Positions 59,998 to 64,000 of a stretch of 64,000 nt of DNA are shown here, one piece after another. Under the pieces are notes generated by a model that searched no databases, was not told the origin of the DNA, and saw nothing but the letters and a program-made list of their open reading frames with translations. The position numbers were made by a program, and so were the translations under genes. Numbering within the stretch: position 1 is the stretch's first letter; the number at the start of each line of letters is the position of its first letter. Source of the DNA: Myxococcales bacterium (lineage in GTDB: Bacteria > Desulfobacterota > Binatia > HRBIN30); assembly GCA_037445065.1 (NCBI GenBank), contig JBBILD010000008.1, forward strand, positions 64,001 through 128,000. The letters run 5' to 3'.

Positions 59998-61164
59998 TCA
60001 GCTCCCGCTCGGCGGATCGGCAAGCGTGTCCATCACCCGTCCGCTTTGGGCGTCCACCAGCTCGAAGCGGACAGTCTCGCTTACCTTGAACCGCGACTTT
60101 TGTTCCCGCAACCGGCCGATCATGCGTTCCCGGAACAGGGCGCGCATCGAGTCTCCCATTTGCTCCATGGGGAAGTCCTTCAGATACACGCGGGCGGCGA
60201 ACTCTCCCTGCCAGTCAATGCGCTGCACGCGACTCCCCATCACCGGATTTTGGCGGAACAAGCTTTCTGCCGCGGCTCGGAAGGTGCCGGCCTCGTTCTC
60301 TGAGCGACCCGTTCCGGCTTGTACCTGCTCGGGTTGTGGCGCGCCTTGTACGCGAGCCAGTACCTGATCCACTTGCTCGCGGATCCTTTGGTCCGGGGCG
60401 AGGTCCCGTGCCTTCCGGAAGGCGGCGAGAGCTTCCTCGACCTTGCCCATGCCGTGATACGCCACTCCGAGGTTGAAGTGGGCTTGGAAGAATTCAGGGT
60501 TTTTCTCGATCACACTTCGATACGTTTGAACCGCCTCGTCCTGCTTGCCACTTGCCAGCAGCATCGTGCCGTAGTCGGTACGAACCTCGGGGTCCTCTGG
60601 TTTGACTGCCAGGTAGCGCTGGTAAAAACTGATCGCGACTGCTGGTTGCTGCCGCTCGTACGCAATGTTTCCTAAAGCCCGGAGCGCATCCAGATCCTCT
60701 GGCGCCTTCGCCAAGATGTGTTGGTAGGCGGTTTCTGCTCCGTCGAGATATTCGGGCTCTAATAAACCCGCACGGTACTGCGCTTGCGCTACCTGTCGCC
60801 ACAAATCGAGGTTGTCGGGCTCTGCTTTGGCTTTGTCCCGCAATTCGGAGATTGCCTTCTTGACTTCCTCTGGAATCCGGATCGGCGGGTGGTCTTGGGG
60901 CAGCGGCGCTGCTTCAGTGGGTTTGTTGCTCAACGTCGTTTTGGGCGCTGGGAACAGGAGTCCGGAAACGACCGCGGCGCCGATCGACACGACCACGACA
61001 CCGGCCACGAACAAAGGGGCGAGTTGGGGGCTCATTCTGGGCAGGCGCCCTGCCTTGCCGCTACCACTCGGCGCCGCCTCCAGCGGCGCGCCGCACTGGA
61101 CGCAATAGCGAGCCTGCGGTCCCCGTTCGGCGCCACAGTACTGGCAGAAACGTGGTGCATGCAT
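59998..61164 (-). CDS. Double zinc-ribbon, TM and TPR protein (CycH/CcmI-like periplasmic part)
   Basis: FCQYCG..YCVQCG, TM segment, LPQDHPPI, several TPR repeats. Confidence 0.75.
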   Translation of the reverse strand: MHAPRFCQYCGAERGPQARYCVQCGAPLEAAPSGSGKAGRLPRMSPQLAPLFVAGVVVVSIGAAVVSGLLFPAPKTTLSNKPTEAAPLPQDHPPIRIPEEVKKAISELRDKAKAEPDNLDLWRQVAQAQYRAGLLEPEYLDGAETAYQHILAKAPEDLDALRALGNIAYERQQPAVAISFYQRYLAVKPEDPEVRTDYGTMLLASGKQDEAVQTYRSVIEKNPEFFQAHFNLGVAYHGMGKVEEALAAFRKARDLAPDQRIREQVDQVLARVQGAPQPEQVQAGTGRSENEAGTFRAAAESLFRQNPVMGSRVQRIDWQGEFAARVYLKDFPMEQMGDSMRALFRERMIGRLREQKSRFKVSETVRFELVDAQSGRVMDTLADPPSGS

Positions 61165-61359
61165 TGCGTTGCACGCTAACGACCGCCCTTCGCGCGCGCA
61201 ATCATGGCTTCCTCACGGAGTCCTGGCGGTGTGTATGTGCCGCAAACGGGAGAAACTGGCCAGCTCCGTGGCGAGCTTCGACCGGGCGAGCCGAACGAGT
61301 TTTTTTCCTGAACGTGCGGGCTATACTGGCGGCATTTCCGCGAGGAGGAAACGCACTCG

Positions 61360-61917
61360 ATGGTACCCATGCGTGGACGGTGGATGGCAGTGTGGTTGTT
61401 GGCCATGAGCTTCTCTTCTTGCACCTGCGAACGTGCCTTGCCCCCTGTACCCAACGAAGAAACCACGGCTTTTCGCGAACGGGCTCGTAGCGTGACGACA
61501 GCGAGTCCATCTCCCGCCCAGGTTGCGGCAACCCCTACGCCGAAGAGCGAGGCGTTGGCAGCGGCATCGCCACCGCCAACGCCCGTGGAGCTGCCGCAGG
61601 ACTTTCCGGCCGACGTTCCTATTTACCAGGGAGCGCGCCTCGAGCAGGTGCATGAACTCCCCAACAATGCGCACAACGTGATCTTTCGCACTCCGGGCGA
61701 AGTAGACGAGATGAACCGTTTCTATCACGAGAAACTGCAGGCAGCGGGTTGGAATGTGGTACAGCAGTTCGCGCGCAAAAACCACGCGTTCATGACGTAC
61801 AAAAAGGGCAATTTGGTAGCCAACATCACCATTGCCGAGGACGCGCGTGATCCGAACAACAAGGTGATCGCAGTGATGTACGAAGAAGAGCAGCCGCTGC
61901 CATTCGAGGAGTTTTAA
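61360..61917 (+). CDS. Putative lipoprotein
   Basis: GAGGAGG SD; lipobox-like FSSC; Pro/Thr linker; LPQDFPADVPIYQGA...FYHEKLQAAGW. Confidence 0.75.
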   Translation: MVPMRGRWMAVWLLAMSFSSCTCERALPPVPNEETTAFRERARSVTTASPSPAQVAATPTPKSEALAAASPPPTPVELPQDFPADVPIYQGARLEQVHELPNNAHNVIFRTPGEVDEMNRFYHEKLQAAGWNVVQQFARKNHAFMTYKKGNLVANITIAEDARDPNNKVIAVMYEEEQPLPFEEF

Positions 61918-61941
61918 AGCAGCTCGCTGTTTCTTTGCTGA

Positions 61942-62805
61942 TCAGAAGCGCAGCGTCTGCAGGAAGTCGCAAACTGCCTGTGTGAACAGGTCGTTGCGGT
62001 CGCCTGCGATCATATGGCCCGCCTCGGCCACGTCCGCGTAGCGCGCATGCGGTACTGCAGCGAGGAATTCGCGAACGCTTTCCTCCGAGATCACGTCGCT
62101 CATTCTCCCTCGCACCAGAAGGGTTGGGATTTGCAGACGGCGTGCCGCGGCTAGTAGACGCTCGGGTTGCTGCGAGGCGTCCGGGCGCCGCTCACCGAGC
62201 ACGAAGCGCGGGTCCCAGTGCCACCGATAGCGTCCATCCTCCCCCCGCCGCAGGTTTTTCTCCAGCCCAGAGAAATCCTTTGGTGGCCTTCGGTGGGGGA
62301 GGTAGGCAGCAACCGCCGCCGCGGCCTCCTCAATCGAGGAGAAACCATCCAGGTGTCCGCGCATGAAGGCGACGATACGCTGCACCCCATTCGGATCCAT
62401 GCGTGGTGCAATATCAACAAGCACGAGGGCGCGCAGGGCCCGCGGTGCCTCTTCGCCTGCAGTAAGCAGGCCGGTGATGCCACCGAGGGAAGCACCGACG
62501 AGGACGGGAGCTTGGCGCAATTGTGCGAGTACACCCAACAAGTCCGCGACAAAGGCTTGCAGCGTGTAATCTCCATCCGGGGCCCATGCACTCGCGCCGT
62601 GGCCGCGCAGGTCGAGTGAAACCGCATACCAGTTCTGCTCAGCTAAGCGCGCGGCCGTGTCGCCCCACGCGTGCCGCGTCTGTCCACCGCCAGGCAGCAA
62701 GAGTACGGGCGGGTCCTGGGGGTTTCCCCAAGCGTCGGCCTGGAGACGAAGCCCCTGGTAGCCGCGAAATTCAATCGTTTGCAGCGTGGGCACGGCCACG
62801 CTCAT
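61942..62805 (-). CDS. Alpha/beta hydrolase
   Basis: GGGQTRHAW, DLRGHG, GASLGG, RGRMSD, AGHMIAGD. Confidence 0.92.
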   Translation of the reverse strand: MSVAVPTLQTIEFRGYQGLRLQADAWGNPQDPPVLLLPGGGQTRHAWGDTAARLAEQNWYAVSLDLRGHGASAWAPDGDYTLQAFVADLLGVLAQLRQAPVLVGASLGGITGLLTAGEEAPRALRALVLVDIAPRMDPNGVQRIVAFMRGHLDGFSSIEEAAAAVAAYLPHRRPPKDFSGLEKNLRRGEDGRYRWHWDPRFVLGERRPDASQQPERLLAAARRLQIPTLLVRGRMSDVISEESVREFLAAVPHARYADVAEAGHMIAGDRNDLFTQAVCDFLQTLRF

Positions 62806-62926
62806 GCGCAAGTGCGGGCGCTACTGCAAGGGCGTTCGGCATGCGGTGCAGGGGGGCTGTGCCGTCTTGCGCAACGAGTTCTGTGATGGGTTTGGGCTTG
62901 GATGATGGGGGTGTGTTCTGGCTCGG

Positions 62927-64000
62927 TCAGGGAGGCCCGCCAGCGGGTAGCTCGCCGACCGCGATGCGAGCAATATGTTCGCCGATGGCAAGGGAAGCGC
63001 TCGCCGCAGGAGACGGAGCGTTGAGCACGTGGACCGCGTGCGGCCGCGCCAGCACTGCGAAATCGTCAACCAGGCTTCCGTCTGGCGCCACCGCTTGGGC
63101 GCGCACGCCGGATCCCCCCGGGATGAGATCCTCTAAGCCGATGTCTGGCACCAGTTTTTGCAGTGCGCGCCAGAACGCCCGCTTGCTGAGCGAGCGATGG
63201 AGCTCCGCTAGTCCGGTTCGCCAATGGCGGCGCACCATGCGCCGAAACCCCTTGTATGTCAGCATTTGGCCGAGCTCTCGCATGCAGACGTCACGCAGCC
63301 GGTAGCCTTCGCGTGCGAACGCCAACACCGCGTTCGGTCCGGCTTCGAAGTCCCCGGTAATCCGTTTCGTAAAGTGCACCCCAAGAAAAGGAAAGCGCGG
63401 GTCCGGAACAGGATAAATCAAGGCTCGCACCCACTGCTGGCCCGGGCGAAGCAGGTAATACTCCCCACGGAAAGGCAGGATGCGTACGGTGGGCGTCTCT
63501 CCGAGAAGCTGGGCGACACGATCAGCATACAACCCGGCACAGTTGATCACGCGGTGCGCTCGTACCTCCCGCCCAAACCTGTCCGTCAAGAGGACCGTGC
63601 CTTCCTCGATCCGCGCTGTTTCAACCTTCATTCCGAGATGGAAGCTGACTCCCTGGCGGCGCAGAACCTGCGCCAGGGTGCGAGCGACCTGGGCAAAATC
63701 GAGCACGGCGGTGAACGGAGAGTGAATAGCCCGCAACCCGCGCGCATATGGTTCGATCTCCCGTAGTTCCTCCGGACCGATCATGCGCAATCCCGGCACG
63801 CTGTTGGCCCGGCCTCGATCCATTAATTGCTCCAGGCGGGCTAGCTCGTCCTCATTGGTAGCAACAATCACCTTCCCGCAATCGTCAACGGGAATCCCCT
63901 GCTCTGCGCAAAACTCGCGCATCCGCGCCACGCCTTCGACGCACAGGCGAGCCTTCAAGGAACCCGGTTTGTAATAGATTCCGGCGTGCAGTACCCCGCT
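62927..64000 (-). CDS. lhgO: L-2-hydroxyglutarate oxidase, 5' truncated by window edge
   Basis: SGVLHAGIYYKPGSLKARLC, PFRGEYY, YPVPDPRFPFLGVHFT, GVRAQA, NAPSPAASAS. Confidence 0.93.
   Translation of the reverse strand, partial: SGVLHAGIYYKPGSLKARLCVEGVARMREFCAEQGIPVDDCGKVIVATNEDELARLEQLMDRGRANSVPGLRMIGPEELREIEPYARGLRAIHSPFTAVLDFAQVARTLAQVLRRQGVSFHLGMKVETARIEEGTVLLTDRFGREVRAHRVINCAGLYADRVAQLLGETPTVRILPFRGEYYLLRPGQQWVRALIYPVPDPRFPFLGVHFTKRITGDFEAGPNAVLAFAREGYRLRDVCMRELGQMLTYKGFRRMVRRHWRTGLAELHRSLSKRAFWRALQKLVPDIGLEDLIPGGSGVRAQAVAPDGSLVDDFAVLARPHAVHVLNAPSPAASASLAIGEHIARIAVGELPAGGPP

Noticed and set aside
1..64000. CRISPR arrays, transposases, integrases, rRNA or tRNA genes
   Set aside because: None recognised by eye on either strand; a covariance-model scan would be needed to exclude small RNAs fully

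Overview
Bacterial chromosomal window from a GC-rich diderm with dense coding. Binatota/Desulfobacterota_B-like origin is an inference from the GDC-type dockerin-like repeat, the DUF1329 protein and a characteristic small hypothetical family. It is mostly housekeeping: sugar ABC permeases, smpB, pabB/pabC, the ffh-rpsP-khpA-rimM-trmD-SPOUT-rplS operon, ppiD, bolA, a GH36 alpha-galactosidase, MscS, mutY, slyD, rarA, a complete porin-pstSCAB-phoU-phoBR locus with phased Pho-box-like repeats, icd, hemD-hemE-hemH-hemY and a partial lhgO. Two regions stand out. (1) A secreted 669-aa protein (51168-53177) combines an atypical CX4CH cytochrome c-like domain, a full PHM/DBH-type binuclear copper monooxygenase ligand set, Cys-rich inserts and an inserted dockerin-like module; it is a candidate self-sufficient extracellular copper monooxygenase. 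(2) A stress cluster (42242-49048) has a sigma54-like promoter, three small heat-shock proteins, a ClpP-fold protease, MarC, an HPF/RaiA-ECF sigma factor fusion, an amber-interrupted Kef antiporter and a proteobacterial-type adk. I recognised no rRNA, tRNA, CRISPR array or mobile element. All calls come from reading motifs by eye; no searches were run.
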